Below are positions 1-13,197 of a DNA stretch of 64,000 nt, in pieces (position 1 is the stretch's first letter; the number at the start of each line of letters is the position of its first letter). The position numbers were made by a program, and so were the translations under genes. The notes beneath the pieces are model-generated. The model saw only the letters and a list, made by a program, of their open reading frames with translations, had not been told where the DNA came from and made no database searches. The stretch spans positions 434,001-498,000 of the forward strand of contig NW_026889786.1 in assembly GCF_033153115.1 (NCBI RefSeq), written 5' to 3'. Origin of the DNA: Saccostrea echinata (Eukaryota).

Positions 1-597
1 AGTTTTTAAAATCAAGCTTTTAACGTAAACTTTTAACATAAATGGTATATTTCATCTAATTTTTGTTACCCTACACTCGATATAAATGTTGTGTATATGT
101 ATTCAGGTAACACCTTACAAGAAAAAACAAAATACGGGGTATGCTTCTATCCTCTCTGCCACACTCCATTTCGCCATATGCAACATAGAGGAACTAATTT
201 TGCACATCGGCAAATGCTTCACACTAAGCAAGAATATAACAATTTTTTCAAAGACTTAATTTTCCTTTAATATATTGTTGATTTCAAGTAGTGATTCAAC
301 GCCTACCTTCTACGTGCAGCCTTAAGAGCCCAAATGTTCTACTTTCTACATCCCTAACAGACCAAAATTATTTGTTATAATTAAAACGTTTGAATATATT
401 GTGAAATTGTTAAAAAATTCTCAGCTTACACTAGACTGTTATAGATAAGTTTAACTTATTAAAGTTTATTCTTTTTTTTTAATGTAACATATTCTTTTTT
501 ATAGCTTTAACAAACCAACCCATGATAAACTAGAAGTTTTATCTTCTATAGCCCTAATAAACCATGTGGTCTACGCTCTTCTTTAATTTGTCGCCCG

Positions 598-694
598 TGT
601 CATATTATAATTTTTGAATTTACCGGGTGGTAGTAAATACAGGTATTTTTTGTATTCACTACCACCCGGTAAATTCAAAAATTACAATATGACA
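598..694. mobile_element. Small fold-back element (about 44-bp arms, TGT...ACA ends, GCCCG direct repeats) inserted in a SINE-like sequence
   Basis: tgtcatattataatttttgaatttaccgggtggtagt... pairs with ...actaccacccggtaaattcaaaaattacaatatgaca; gcccg at 593-597 and 695-699. Confidence 0.65.
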
Positions 695-1949
695 GCCCGT
701 GTGGCGCACATCGTTTCATTATAGAGTGGCGGAGTAGGGAGTTTTGTGTCGCAATAGGTGATGGCAGGAAAAAGATCCTAACTGCACAAATACCGGGTAC
801 AATTCCACCAGCAATTGGTGGCGTCCAAACATTCAGTGAAAAAATCTACAAGGGGCGTAAAGGAAATAAACAACCAAATCTACACCCCGAGAAAACCAAA
901 TGTTCTATCTCCCATAGCTTTAATAAACCAGAATTTCTAACTTTTTAAGGTGCAAATCAATACAAAGTGCTACGTTCTATATAGCTCTAAAAACTTACTT
1001 TTTCAGCTATAGCTTGATTTTTGTGTCATGCGGGACTAACATAGTACGTTTTCAAGTTCTCAGTTCTCTAAAAGTGATAGTCATAATATTTTACTTTTCA
1101 TTAGCTTCACATTGACTATAATATATATTGGACAATTCTATAAGATTAAGATTCAGATAAGTGAATATATAATATTTATTGAACATAAATAATGCGCTTT
1201 CTCTGTACAAATTCCTTTGTACCTTTTTAAATTTGTATGAACTTGTTTAGTGTACTCTTTATAGGTAATGTTTTTCAAACGTTTATTTATGTCTTCTAAA
1301 TCTTCCATATTTCACTAGCATAGTAATCAAAACTTTTCAAAGAGTGCTAAGCCTTTTAAGGTAGCATAAGATGACGCGGTGTCTACAGCCAAGGGAGAAA
1401 CATACCACCGAGTTTAAGGGATTTAAGAGGCTGGATTACTATTGATAAAGAAAAAGAAGATTCTCCAGTCTTCTATGATACTGAGGTTATCAAGTAAGAA
1501 ATGTGGAAAATTATCTAGGATTGCAAGATCTGACTTTTATTAAGTTTATATACAGTTATAAACAAGCAAACCCTTCGTAAATAGAAGATAGCAATTTGAT
1601 ATTTTGATACAAGTAAACAATATCACCCTTCCTAATGGTATTCTACTCGAAGTTTCAAACCAATAACATGGTGACAAACAAATCTAATGATTCGGTAAAT
1701 AATCAGTTCTGTTCAGTTTATCTGTATTTCTGGGGTAAGTCTGCACTCAATGACTGTCGATCCCGTCTACAACTCAGATACAAAATAGTAAATATAACTA
1801 AATCTTAAATATCTTAAACATTATAAGCAATAATACGAATACATATTTATCCTTTCTTGTACTATATGTCCCATTTGACTCTCTATAGATTAAGTTTTAA
1901 TTGTATCTATATTTTGAAATGCTACGTATACATAGTCTGTATTTCTAAG

Positions 1950-2470
1950 CTAGAGGTACTGTAAGCATTGAGCTCATAAAATGACCCCCAGCTCCCATAT
2001 GAGGATAGTGGGAAAGTGCATTTTTGCTATGGGAAACCCCAAATATCTGTCTGATCAGTGCATAAAAGAGGAGTTAAACAATTGCAATATATAATAAAGA
2101 TTTTGTAAAAGTCTCATCAATTTTTATCCGGTGGTATAGGAGGATTTGGGGATAAGAGATGAGTACCTCTAATGTTACAGAAAGAATGACAGTGTCCATG
2201 TTTTGCCATGGGAAATCCCAAATATGTGTCGAATGGAAACGAAAAATAGGAAGTGCACATGTAACAAAGATTCTCTCAATCTAATTACAATTAGCGGATT
2301 TGGAACATCTAATTTTAATTAGATTGAGATTCTCTGAAAGTCTCATTAAATTTTATCCAGTGGTATAGGAGGAGTTGCGGATGAGAGATGGGCAACCCCA
2401 AGTGTTACGGATGGGTACCCCCCTCACTATATACATGTACCCCCGCTTTTTAAGCGGAGGTATAATAATT
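1950..2470 (-). mobile_element. HINE/Helentron-like non-autonomous element with internal tandem repeats
   Basis: Repeated blocks (atgggaaa-cccaaatat; aagtctcat-aa-ttttatcc-gtggtataggagga) and a terminal hairpin cccccgctttttaagcggaggtataata typical of oyster HINE ends. Confidence 0.5.
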
Positions 2471-2609
2471 AAGTTACTATTCCTTTTTTATTCAGATAAA
2501 ATCAGCACATTCTCGGGTGATCAAGATTTTAAAAACGCATTTTCCAGTCATGTCCTTAGTGACATATCCTTTCCTACTACATACTGAGGTTGTATTCTCT
2601 TCGTTTAAT

Positions 2610-2907
2610 CACAGGCGCCTGAAGTGTGGAACGAAAGCCCCCCCCCCCCCCAATTGAAAAAAAAAATGAAAGAGCTTATAATTTTACAAAAATATATAAT
2701 TCCCCAGTCAATCGTCAATCATATATCGTTGTATTTTTAGTCTACCGTACAAGGTCATTCTCTAAACGTAAGAAAAAGTACAATCTGCTTGCATAGAACG
2801 ACATAAGGATGTTATTGACGGGGAAATTTTATATTTTTAAGAAATTATAAGCTCTTACATTTTTTTAATTAAAAGGGGGCTATCGATCCAAATTTCAGGC
2901 GCCTGTG
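2610..2907. mobile_element. MITE with long imperfect terminal inverted repeats (TIRs; CACAGGCGCCTGAA...TTCAGGCGCCTGTG)
   Basis: Perfect 14-bp terminal inverted repeat extending imperfectly for about 100 bp; flanks gtttaat / gttttat may be a target-site duplication (TSD). Confidence 0.75.
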
Positions 2908-3879
2908 GTTTTATTTATTAGATATTAGCAAACTGTAGATACGACAGTAGATTATGTAGCAAATAATCAGAGCCCCCTTCCTCCCTCATCGAAACAGCCC
3001 CCCCCCCTCTCGTTCCTGACAAAAAATAATAATCGTAATGCAAATTTACAGAAATAACAAACTTAAAAATATCTCATATCTATTAGATAGTGCACATAAT
3101 GTTTTATTATTTATTGCAGTGATTTGTTACACCTCAGAGATAACATTTTAACATTGATTATTTTGAACGACAAACACGGGAGACTTTAGTGCACACACCC
3201 GTTCCCTTTCGTAATCTTTGTTTCGTAATTGTTATCCTGGACGATTATGTATGGACTGTCTCTGTTTATTTTCAGATATCTGTATATACGTACATGTATA
3301 TGTTGATAATGAAAATGTTTCGATCTATTTTTTTTTCAAATTATCACAGAGGATTACGTTTGAAAAATTTTGTCAGTTATACACCGCGTGCACTGCCAGC
3401 TTAAAATATCGAACTACAAGCAGGTTTAAAAAGTTAAGTCTCTTAAGAATTCTTTTAAAAATCTAATATTCAGGCGATCTGAGACAACGAGAACTGAATG
3501 AAAGAAATAAGAAAATGTAAAAGAAGCGTGTTTACGTAAATTTACATATACATTTTCTTAGTAGGTCCATGAAACACATACAAAAAATGAACTCCACCAC
3601 TGACAGTGTACTGGGATAAATCACAAACAAAAGAATAAGACTTCAGCACAGACCAAGACACAGAAATCTGATGTTTTGAATTATGAAAATTAATAAATGG
3701 GTAAGGTGGTCGGAGTGTCTTCTCTGGATAATTTAAAATTGTTTAAAACTATCCTGAAGGGGTGGGTTGATTTTGTATTTATTATTAACATTAAAAAAAA
3801 AAATAAATCCAGCTTGATGCTGTCATAAGACAATATTGTAGTTGTCTTTGCCTCTAAAAACTAGTATACTTTCCTTTGC

Positions 3880-4580
3880 ACAAGGGTAACGAGCGAACCC
3901 CGAGTCTTGTTTTTCTTTAAAAGAATGAACATGTCTTACAGATTCATTTCTAAAACCTTACTGTTCATAAACAGGACATCTCCAATCATCGTCCAAAAGA
4001 TGAGATAGCTACTTCTAAAATGAATTAAGAGGGTATCTGAGAGAAAGTGGTTTTGTAGAAAAATATCCGTGTTTTTTGTCCCCTACTTAGTCATCCTTTG
4101 GAAATGAAAATTTTAAAACCATTTTGCACATCTAAGGAACACCACAAATTATTTTTCAAAAATGATTGCGGGTTCGCTTGAAATATTTGGGAGTTCTTGG
4201 AAAAAAGTTTTTTGTAGGAAAAGGAAAACGTTTTTGTCCCCTAAAATGCAGGCCTCCTGGATGAAAATGATAATTTTGAACCCCCCGTGCACATCTACAG
4301 GACACCACCACGATGTAAATGAAAAATTCCGAAATCTGATTGCACATCTACAAGACACCGCCAATCATATTCCAAAAGGTGATTGGGCTACTGCAAAAAA
4401 TGTCAGAATAGTTATGGGAACCCGGTTTTTTTTAGAAAAACGTCTCTTTTCGACCCCAAATTGACCCCGGGATGAAAGTGAAAATTTCAAAACATGAATA
4501 TCTATAGAGCATCTGAATCATATTTTAAAAGATGATTTGGCTACTGCATAAAGTGTGAGAGGTACATGTATTTTGAGAAC
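3880..4580. mobile_element. HINE/Helentron-like element with degenerate tandem repeats
   Basis: Starts acaagggtaacgagcgaacccc; recurring ttgcacatcta / aatcatatt / gggctactgca blocks. Confidence 0.45.
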
Positions 4581-5473
4581 CAGGGGGTCATAACATAAAG
4601 CTTACTAAGTTTTTGACTTATGTAGGGTCAAAAGTATGACTTAGGCGCAATCCTAGGACCTGCCTAAGTACTGCTTATATCTTATGCCGTAACATAAAAG
4701 AACTAAGCGAGGTCTTCGCTAAGTCAAACTTATGTTCACAATATTTCCTATGAATCACCCTAGTTTGGTGTATTTTTTGTGTTCTCTACCAATAAGTTCA
4801 GCATCATTTCATCTTATCAAAGATATATAAAAAAAAAACATGGACAATCAGTACTCACATGCCCCTTTTCTTATCTATGACGTCATATTGTCACCTTATT
4901 ATCTAGAGCAATTACGTATACCGACCTCTTTTTTTTGTTTATTTTAGGGTACTAGGTATCTTTAAATACATATTGATAACAAAAATGTGTCATTCTTAAT
5001 TTAGCTAAATCTTATTTGTACTTGTCAGTATTCAATACTTCACCGAACTTCTAAATTTGATTCTTTGATACTAATTTGATAGTTAGTACTACAAAATCTA
5101 TTTTAGAGAGGTAGTCTAGGCACAATAAAGAATCACATTGTCGAAACAAGGCACCGGTCTACAGAAAATGTACCAAAAAAAGTACACAATTTATCAGGTC
5201 AGTCTTTTGTGTTAATGTCCCAAGTATCAAACTTCGTTGACATCTATATAGCTGCCAATGATTCGATTCAAGGTACTTACTTATGCACGAAATAATTTTC
5301 TGTCAAATAATGGTTCACATTAGAAGTACTTTGTTCATATATCATTTAGGAACAGGAGTGCTCTGAGTTTATTATCCTCAGAAAGCATAAAGACTAGATT
5401 ACCACTAGGAGCAAAAATGGACAAATTATCCACCACATAAAGTTTTTTTTCTGTTAAGTTATATTACCTTTAT

Positions 5474-6355
5474 GTTCAAGTTCAAGTTCTTTATTGACTT
5501 CGAGCTTTACAGCTCATCAGTGCAATTATATACAAACATGACTGTACAAGTGGGTTTACAGGAGAATGTCGTGATAATTATGTACATATGAGATTTAAAA
5601 TACTTAATTTAACATGTCTTCTCTACTTTTTAAGCCAAAGTAGATAAATTTACCTAAATTGCATAATTCTTTCACATTTTCAACATTAAAAAGTTGCAAC
5701 AATTTAAACATTGAAGGTTTTTCCCAGTGATAAGACTTTATATATTTTTTTACGAAGGATTTCATAAGCAGAACAGATTAAAATAAAGTGATATTCATCC
5801 TCAACATAATTTGAGCACAAAAAACAATGTCTATAGTGTCTTTCTGTATTACTATATCGACCTGTTTCAATTGCCAATTGGTGTGATGACAATCTCAATT
5901 TAGAAATGCATTTTTGATATTTTATTGGTATGGGTTTCCGTAAGTAAAATTGTGAATTATGATTTGCAATTAAATATCTGTAAAGAAATGAACATTTTCT
6001 ACAACTATCTATTTGAGAAAGAATATTCTGTCTTGCTTGATCATAAATTCTTTGCTTTATGATGGGAAGGTCTACACATTCAACTTTTTGTTTTTCCCAC
6101 AATTCAAACATACCTAAATTACATAAAATACTTTAAACATTGGACAACCAGTTTTTTGAATTATGCATTTCTACACACTCATGTAAAACATTGTAACAAT
6201 GTTGAATGATACAATTTTTTTGGTCAAGAACTTTCTTCCAAAACTTGATTATATTATACATTCTTTGATAAAGCAGAGGATATCATCCTAATTCAGAATA
6301 TATAGGTACGTTACATGTTGTCCTTTTAACTCCTAAAATATGTCTACATATGGTT
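5474..6355 (-). mobile_element. 5'-truncated non-LTR retrotransposon relic, RTE-X-like ORF2 C-terminus plus 3' tail
   Basis: Translation CRHILGVKRTTCNVPIYSELG*YPL...KLRLSSHQLAIETGRY...CFLC...EDEYHFILIC; the minus-strand end is AATAAA followed by GAACTT repeats at 5474-5495; contains stops and a frameshift. Confidence 0.8.
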
Positions 6356-7727
6356 ACATGATCAGGATGAATATAAAGTCGGTTGTTACACTCCTATTTA
6401 TACCAATCACAGAATGACACTTATAAGTGCCACGACAGAAAGAATCGTGAAAACTCATTACCCTGCCTTTCAAGTTACATCAAATTATACCTCAGTTATT
6501 GGACAATTACGGCAACGTAGTTCTTCAGATTCTTGAGTAACACCTATGAGTTACCCACTAGAATACATCTGTAATTTTTGCTGAAGTTTAAAGTTCGAAT
6601 CAAGTGGATTTATGTACTTTAATTTAAAAAAATAATAATAATAAGGTATGATGAGGCTATTTTTTTTTGTTTATGTGCTTTCAGTAATAAATTCTGTTTT
6701 ACTCATTTTTTTTTTCGTCATAAACTGTGAATTACATTTCTTTTGGATAAATTCGCGGACCAGAACGTTAAATTTATCGATAATTCTGTATCTAGGTGAT
6801 AATTAATCGAACGAGATTCCAGTAGGCTTTTGTCTGATTCTCCGTCAGAGTGATCAATTCTGAATAATATCAACGGTATAAGGCACTTTAAAAGACATTC
6901 TGGTAAGAACTTCTAAAACGCATATATTTTTTGCAGCACTGACTTTAGGGGGGGGGGGGGGTACCTGTGCATGAAAGATAATATAAAATTAGTTGGTGGT
7001 GTAATAGTTGGGTTTTGAAAAGATAGTAAACAAATTGGTAGCATTAAAATCGTGATATTTAAGCTTTCATAGCTTCTTACAATGACTTTAACCAACAATA
7101 AAGAGTTCAAAATTAGTGTCATATACGTCAGGCCAGGAGGATAAATCCATGTGAAAGACCACCGTGCAAAAAAGCTCTAGAATGTGTAATATTGACACAT
7201 TTTACAAATAGAATAACTTCCATAATCTGATCAGAGTACTTATTTTAGAGGTAAATATCTGTGATTGTCAACCTCTGATTATATGACATCAAACGTGTTC
7301 AAACAATTGATTACTGCCATGTTTTAATAGAATGTTTTTAAAACATTCATTCTTTTACCTTTTGCGTAATTTTAATACTACTCGGTAGATTAGCCGCTTA
7401 TTAGATTGAAGCGTTAGAAAAAGTCTCTGTGTTTGCCCCCCCCCCCCCTCTCTCTCTTTAAATGGATCACAATCTAAATTTCCACAAGTGATTTAAAAAT
7501 AAAAGTCTATCGGCTGGATTAACAATAAACAAGTAAAACATCGGGCATGTTTGATATTATTCCCAAAATAAATACATACATGTAAATTCAATATCTATCA
7601 CTATACCTTGGTTTAAAATGAAAGGTTTTTTTTTGTTTTTGTTTGTTTGTTTCTTTGTTGGTTTTTTTTTTTTTTGAAAAGCAAATTATTGCTTCTTGAT
7701 TTAGTCCGGGTTTGTCGAAAAAGATAT

Positions 7728-8400
7728 TGCGATATTTCAAAAGCTTTTGACAAAGTTAATTTGGCATAAAGGTTTTATTTTTAAATTAGAGTCAAATGAG
7801 ATCCAAGGTACCTTATTAAAATCGATTAAGAATTATCTACACTGTATATGATAGAGTTCACAGAGTACATTTTTATGGATTCTGTTTGAATTTTAAACCT
7901 GCAGGTGTTCCACAAGGTTCTGTTCTAGGTTCTTTCCTATTCATCCTTTATATTAAGAATACGAGATAATTTAGCTCACAATATAAGGCTGTTTGTTGAT
8001 GATACATCCCTGTTTATAATTGTAGATAACGATGTTAATGCAGCTGTCATTTCCTTACAGCTAACTTAGATAATTGATAAATGGGCTTTCATGAAATGCT
8101 TTGTATTTAGATTTAGGTTGGTAAGAGAAGGGAAAAACAAAACTTTTATTATTCTAAAATAGTAAACGGCATAGCTCCTCTTTATCTGCAAGAAAAGGAC
8201 CCACCTTTTATGCCCTCAAAGCATGGTAACAGTCTTTGAAATATTCATTTTAAAGTTGTAATACCAAGGTCAACTGACAAGAACAGTCTTATAGTTCTAA
8301 AGTATTCTGCCTTCTTCTATTCAGTTATGGAATAACCTATCATTAAAAACAAAACGTATTGATTTCTTTTTCATCTTTCAAAAAAGTACTTAAAATCTTT
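7728..8400 (+). mobile_element. Degenerate CR1/L2-type LINE reverse transcriptase fragment
   Basis: Motifs CDISKAFDKV (7728), AGVPQGSVLG (7901), IRLFVDDTSL (7983, FADD-like), KIVNGIAPLYL, PSSIQLWNNL; frameshifts and an internal deletion. Confidence 0.85.
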
Positions 8401-8540
8401 TGTCATTTAGAAAGAATGAAAAGTGTCAAAATTTTAATTACGGTAATCACAAGGAAATTACAATACAATGAATACATTGAAATCTTGTAGAAGACTTATA
8501 TGGTTATGGATCCTGATGGTCATTCCAATTATGTAAAGAG

Positions 8541-9088
8541 TACGGCGTACATAAAACCTTGCATTATTATACTTTGTTGTTATTCAAAGAATTTATTATT
8601 CTTATTTTATTATTCTTATTCTAAAATATAGCATTCCTATTCGATAAAATGTGATTCGTATTCGATAAGCTGTTATTCCTATTCGAAAAATTTGAGACTC
8701 CTATTCGATAATTTGTCATTTCTTATCGATAAATTATTATTCCTTATTCCAAAATATAACATCCATATTCGAAAACATGTTTCCTATTCAATAACATGTC
8801 ATTCATATTCGAAAACATGTGATTCCTATTCGATATTTTGTCATTCCTTTTCGATAATTTTGTCATTTTATCGAATACGAATTATGTTTTTGAATAGGAA
8901 TAACAACTTATCGAATAGGAATGATAAATTATCGAATAGAATAACATTTTTTTCGCATAAGAATAACAACTTATCAAATAGGAATCACATTTTATCGTAT
9001 AGGAATGATATATTTTAGAATAATAACAACAATATTTTTGAATAGGAATAACAAAACGGTATAATAATGCAACGTTTTACACGCCATA
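8541..9088. mobile_element. Non-autonomous DNA transposon with TAY..RTA ends and 6-bp TSD (IS3EU-like), filled with inverted arrays of ~21-bp repeats
   Basis: TIR tacggcgt..aaaaccttgcattattatac vs gtataataatgcaacgttttacacgccata; AAAGAG at 8535-8540 and 9089-9094; (attcctattcgataa..)n then (ttatcgaataggaat..)n. Confidence 0.8.
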
Positions 9089-9286
9089 AAAGAGTCTTTA
9101 CACAATGAAATTAAAAAGTCTGTCGTATGCCATTAGGTCCGAGTTATGATGTCTTCGGGGGTCGGAACATGCTTCCCATGAATTTTTTTCGAAAAATAAG
9201 GCAAATACGTGTATTCTTAGAGTTAGATGAGGCAACATTTAAAACTTTTAATACAGGATTTTCAGGTGAAAAGGTTAAAATTATAA

Positions 9287-9378
9287 CAATCTGATTAAAA
9301 TCAGCTGTTCTGATACGCTACCGCTAACGAACGTTCGTAAGCGGTAGCGTATCAGAACAGCTGATTTTAATCAGATTG
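9287..9378. mobile_element. 92-bp loopless palindrome with ~10-bp flanking direct repeat (MULE-like MITE)
   Basis: 46-bp arms with one mismatch; aaaattataa (9277-9286) / aaaattatca (9379-9388). Confidence 0.75.
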
Positions 9379-10727
9379 AAAATTATCAGTAACATGTACC
9401 AAGTGATTTTTTTTTTTTGGGGGGGGGGGGGGTTAAAAAATAAACGTATAGCATTTTTTATGGACGACGAACACAGAATTTAATACAATGTATATATTTT
9501 CGTGATTTTAATAAACTATAAACTGCCAATCGATTTTGATAAAGCATGGGGTAAAGTTTGTCTAATAAGCATAGAACAATTTTGCAACAACCATTAATTT
9601 ACAAAAATGATAGTATAATTTTTCTTCTGGTTAAGTTCTGGTTTACGTAAAAAATAAATTACGGAATGTGGGGTGAAGGATACAGGGACGCTTTCCTATA
9701 TTTATTTATTTATTTTTTAGCTATATGTAATTCGCGGTCTTCCCACTCCCCTGTTCTTTAATGCTTGAATCATTAACTTGTTCCATGTACACCCGGTCGG
9801 AAATACGATACTCTTTAGAACAAATTAATTATTTATAATTTTAAACCAAAATTAGACTTAAATCTCTAACTACATGGCAATTTTGAGAAATCCTTAAATT
9901 ATTCAGGATAGACCCCTTCCTATTCATACGGGCATTTACATTTCATGAACAATTCTTATGCACTGTCGGAGATTTTTTCATGAGATTTTTTTTTTTTTTT
10001 TTTAGATTTCTTCTATTATTAAAATGATAAGTCTGATAAATTTGATTTATGACGTTTAATAAATATCATTTTTGAAAAAAAAAAAAATTCCAACTAGCCC
10101 CGGGGTTGTTTATCGGGGAAAGGGGGATTCTTTCTACGGTATCTGTGGCTCAAGTATGTTTTACTTTCCCTTTTGTTTGGCTGATACCAAATGACGTTGC
10201 GTTGAAATTTATTTTTGGAAGAACAACATGCATGCAGTGGTGTATGCGTTTCATTAATTAATATTGGCGTACTTAAAAGAAAAAAAAGAGACGGATTGGA
10301 ACTTATATATACCAATTACATTTTCATATTTCCAAATGTCCACCTATTTGTTTTGATTATGTAATTTGTGCAATGTTTTTCTTTCTTTCAACGTGCCAGT
10401 TTAAATAAAGCAGCCTTAACGTATCTTTGTACTAGTATTCATATAGTGAAATTAAACCTTCACGGAATTCCCAGTATATAATTAGTAATTCCTTGAAGTA
10501 CTTGACACGTGATGATAACACCAATGGTACACATTGTTTACACACACGTTTATCAATTGAACATCAAATATGGAAAATGCAAACATTTTTCTCCAGCCAC
10601 CAAAGGTCAGAATTAAATCAACTTAAAGAGACAGATAGGAATGTTCTTTTCAAATACCGGCGTACCAGAGAAGTACATATATTATGAATCTGATGCCTTA
10701 CCAACCATTATCACTATGATGTATAAA

Positions 10728-10738
10728 ATTTATTTATT

Positions 10739-10813
<75 letters not shown>

Positions 10814-10816
10814 TTT
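10728..10816. repeat. (ATTT)n microsatellite
   Basis: Direct reading. Confidence 0.95.
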
Positions 10817-12534
10817 CTGATGCATGTCATTACAACAGGCCCATATCTTTTTTTCAGTGAGAAGTTTTAAATTCAAATATAGTACAATTGCTCATTTGCA
10901 AGTATATCACCATAGAAGATAGGATGACAGATTTTTTTTAATCAAAACTAGTTTTCCTCCGTAATGGTACTTTTGTGGTATAAGTATACATATCATAATG
11001 CACATATATACATTTTAAGAAGCAAAAAATACATTTTTTAAATAACAAAGCACACAAAACTCAAAATTAAAGGTGATCCAGTGGGAGTATATAATATATA
11101 TGCGGGAAACAGCTTTTTTAGATTTATATAATAGACATTCACATATATTTTATATTGTTGGCATACACAAGGAATCAAGCGAACATGCAGATAGCCAGAA
11201 ATGAGAAAACCTAGTGATTGTTTACCGTTTAAACACATAATAAAACCAGATAAAGCTGATAATCCTATCTAATCTCTGTTTTAAATATAGAAAATGTTTC
11301 TTTTGTAAGATTATATCACCTGCCTCTTTTTTAAAACAATTTTTCAGCTGAATAAAGTTTTGACATACTTTTACACTTGTTAGGAGAAATGCTATAATAT
11401 GATAAGTCAATAAGCGTGAAAAACGGCAGTAATTCCCAGCACCTCCCCCCTTTCCTTACCTCACTTTCTGAGGAATTAGACTGAATCCATTGACAACATA
11501 CTTTCGAATACTAAATGATGTACTACGAGGGGGACCGGAAGCCTACCACTCAATAGTTTTTTTTTTCTTTGAAAAGTCTTCCACGCCCCCACCCCACCCT
11601 TCCGATTAAGAAATTTTGAGTTTTCTACAATTTCCTTCTTCTTCTTCTTTTAGCTTGTCAAAATCTTTGTCAGGCTTTAAAAAAAAATTTATATACTTAT
11701 TTTTATTTATTTATTTTGATTGTAAATTATTACACCCCAAAACTCGGGAAAAAAATCTTAGTGAAAAACTATGAAATGTGGCTGCGTTCAAAAGTTTTTT
11801 TTCCTGCAGTAAAAACCTACATGAGACAGAAAGCAAGTAGGAGTTGTTATAGACTGCCAAATCATACACATGTATAGTAAAGGATTTACATTTTAACGTC
11901 TGTAATATTTCAAAGGAAAAGTAAAACAAAAGGGTACAATTCTGGAAAGTGTAAACCAAGGTTTTTTTAATACCTTTTTATATCATAATTAGGAGACAAG
12001 CATTTCGTTTTACGTTTTTTTTTAATTTCTCTGAAATTTTCCAATTAGGAAATGTTTATATTTCGCTATATTTTTTCTCTCACTAAAATCAGTCAGCATT
12101 ACCAGGAAAAACACGCACACAAATTAAAAATAAAAGTAGATACTCGGAGAAGGATCTTTTTCCCCAAAAATTCTTGCAATATTGAAAAACAAATTCCTGC
12201 ATGATTGAAGAAATTTCAGCTTATATTGTCACAGTTTGCTTTGACCTGAAACTGTCCTCAGAAAAGTGGACTTTATTTGTTATTGATGGAGCAATATTAC
12301 ACAATTTTAAAGGTGTGATTGCATATAATACTGCTTATTTTCTTAACGTAAGCTGTGGGTTCTACATACTGACCAACGGACTGACCACTAATGACAACTT
12401 TCTATTGTCAATTGAATAATAATCATGTAAAGAGGCTGAAAAGCTTACAATGATTAGTGTCGTTGTTTTCAGCTGGCACTCAAGAACCCAATTGGCATGG
12501 CTAACTAAAACTCACCACCCACAGTCCGGCTAGC

Positions 12535-12545
12535 ATATATATAAC
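12535..12545 (+). promoter_or_regulatory. Candidate TATA box for the profilin-like transcript
   Basis: catatatataacc about 80 bp upstream of a strong donor cg|gtaagt (12625). Confidence 0.4.
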
Positions 12546-12616
12546 CTGGACAGAACAAGCACAGTTAATTAAAAAGCGTCAACATCGTTCACAGATATTA
12601 GGCCTACTGTATTTCA

Positions 12617-12948
12617 ATGAGACGGTAAGTACACTGGTCAATGACCTACACATTATATTTTAAGAAATTAAACATTTTATTTAATTCAATTTAATTAAAA
12701 CTTGAAAAGCAAAAATATACACCGTGATAAGAAGTATTATATGTATGTTAATCTCGAATGCAAAGAGCGTACTAGACATTACCCATCAATATTTAAAATC
12801 TTTTCGTTGTAGAAGGCAAATGTCCCACCATCGAGTTCATTTTAATCAATTACCGTCTTGGATTGACATACAAATTGATAACATGGAGGCCTACTTCTTA
12901 AGGAAAATGTGTCAGGACAACGGAAATATTCACCTTGACTTCATCTGA
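12617..12948 (+). CDS. Putative spliced small ORF, 47 aa, join(12617..12624,12813..12948)
   Basis: ATG AGA CG|gtaagt ... ttttcgttgtag|A AGG CAA keeps frame to TGA at 12946-12948; no recognisable homology. Confidence 0.35.
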
Positions 12949-13197
12949 GCAGGTACTCGTGGTCACACGAAGGACGCAGTGTTGTTTGCATACCTTGTCT
13001 AAAAAAGGGGAGGAGTTTCAAATCTAAATTTACTTCTTGCTTCAAATGATAAAACTTTGATGATTACGTACATATTTAATTGTCAATCAAGATACATTCT
13101 ACTCAGATCGACTCTTTATCCTCTAACGAACGGATCCTCATTCTGTGAAATGTGAACACATATCAGAACATCACTGAGGTTTAAAAAAGATTCAATC

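Noticed and set aside
1360-1500. Exon-like segment with acceptor and gtaag donor (also 2496-2588)
   Set aside because: Frames contain stops and there is no recognisable protein similarity
4581-4760. Possible PIF/Harbinger-type terminus (gggggtcataacataaagcttact)
   Set aside because: No partner TIR or TSD found
8692-9018. 108-aa ORF with periodic sequence
   Set aside because: Translation of the 21-bp repeats inside a MITE
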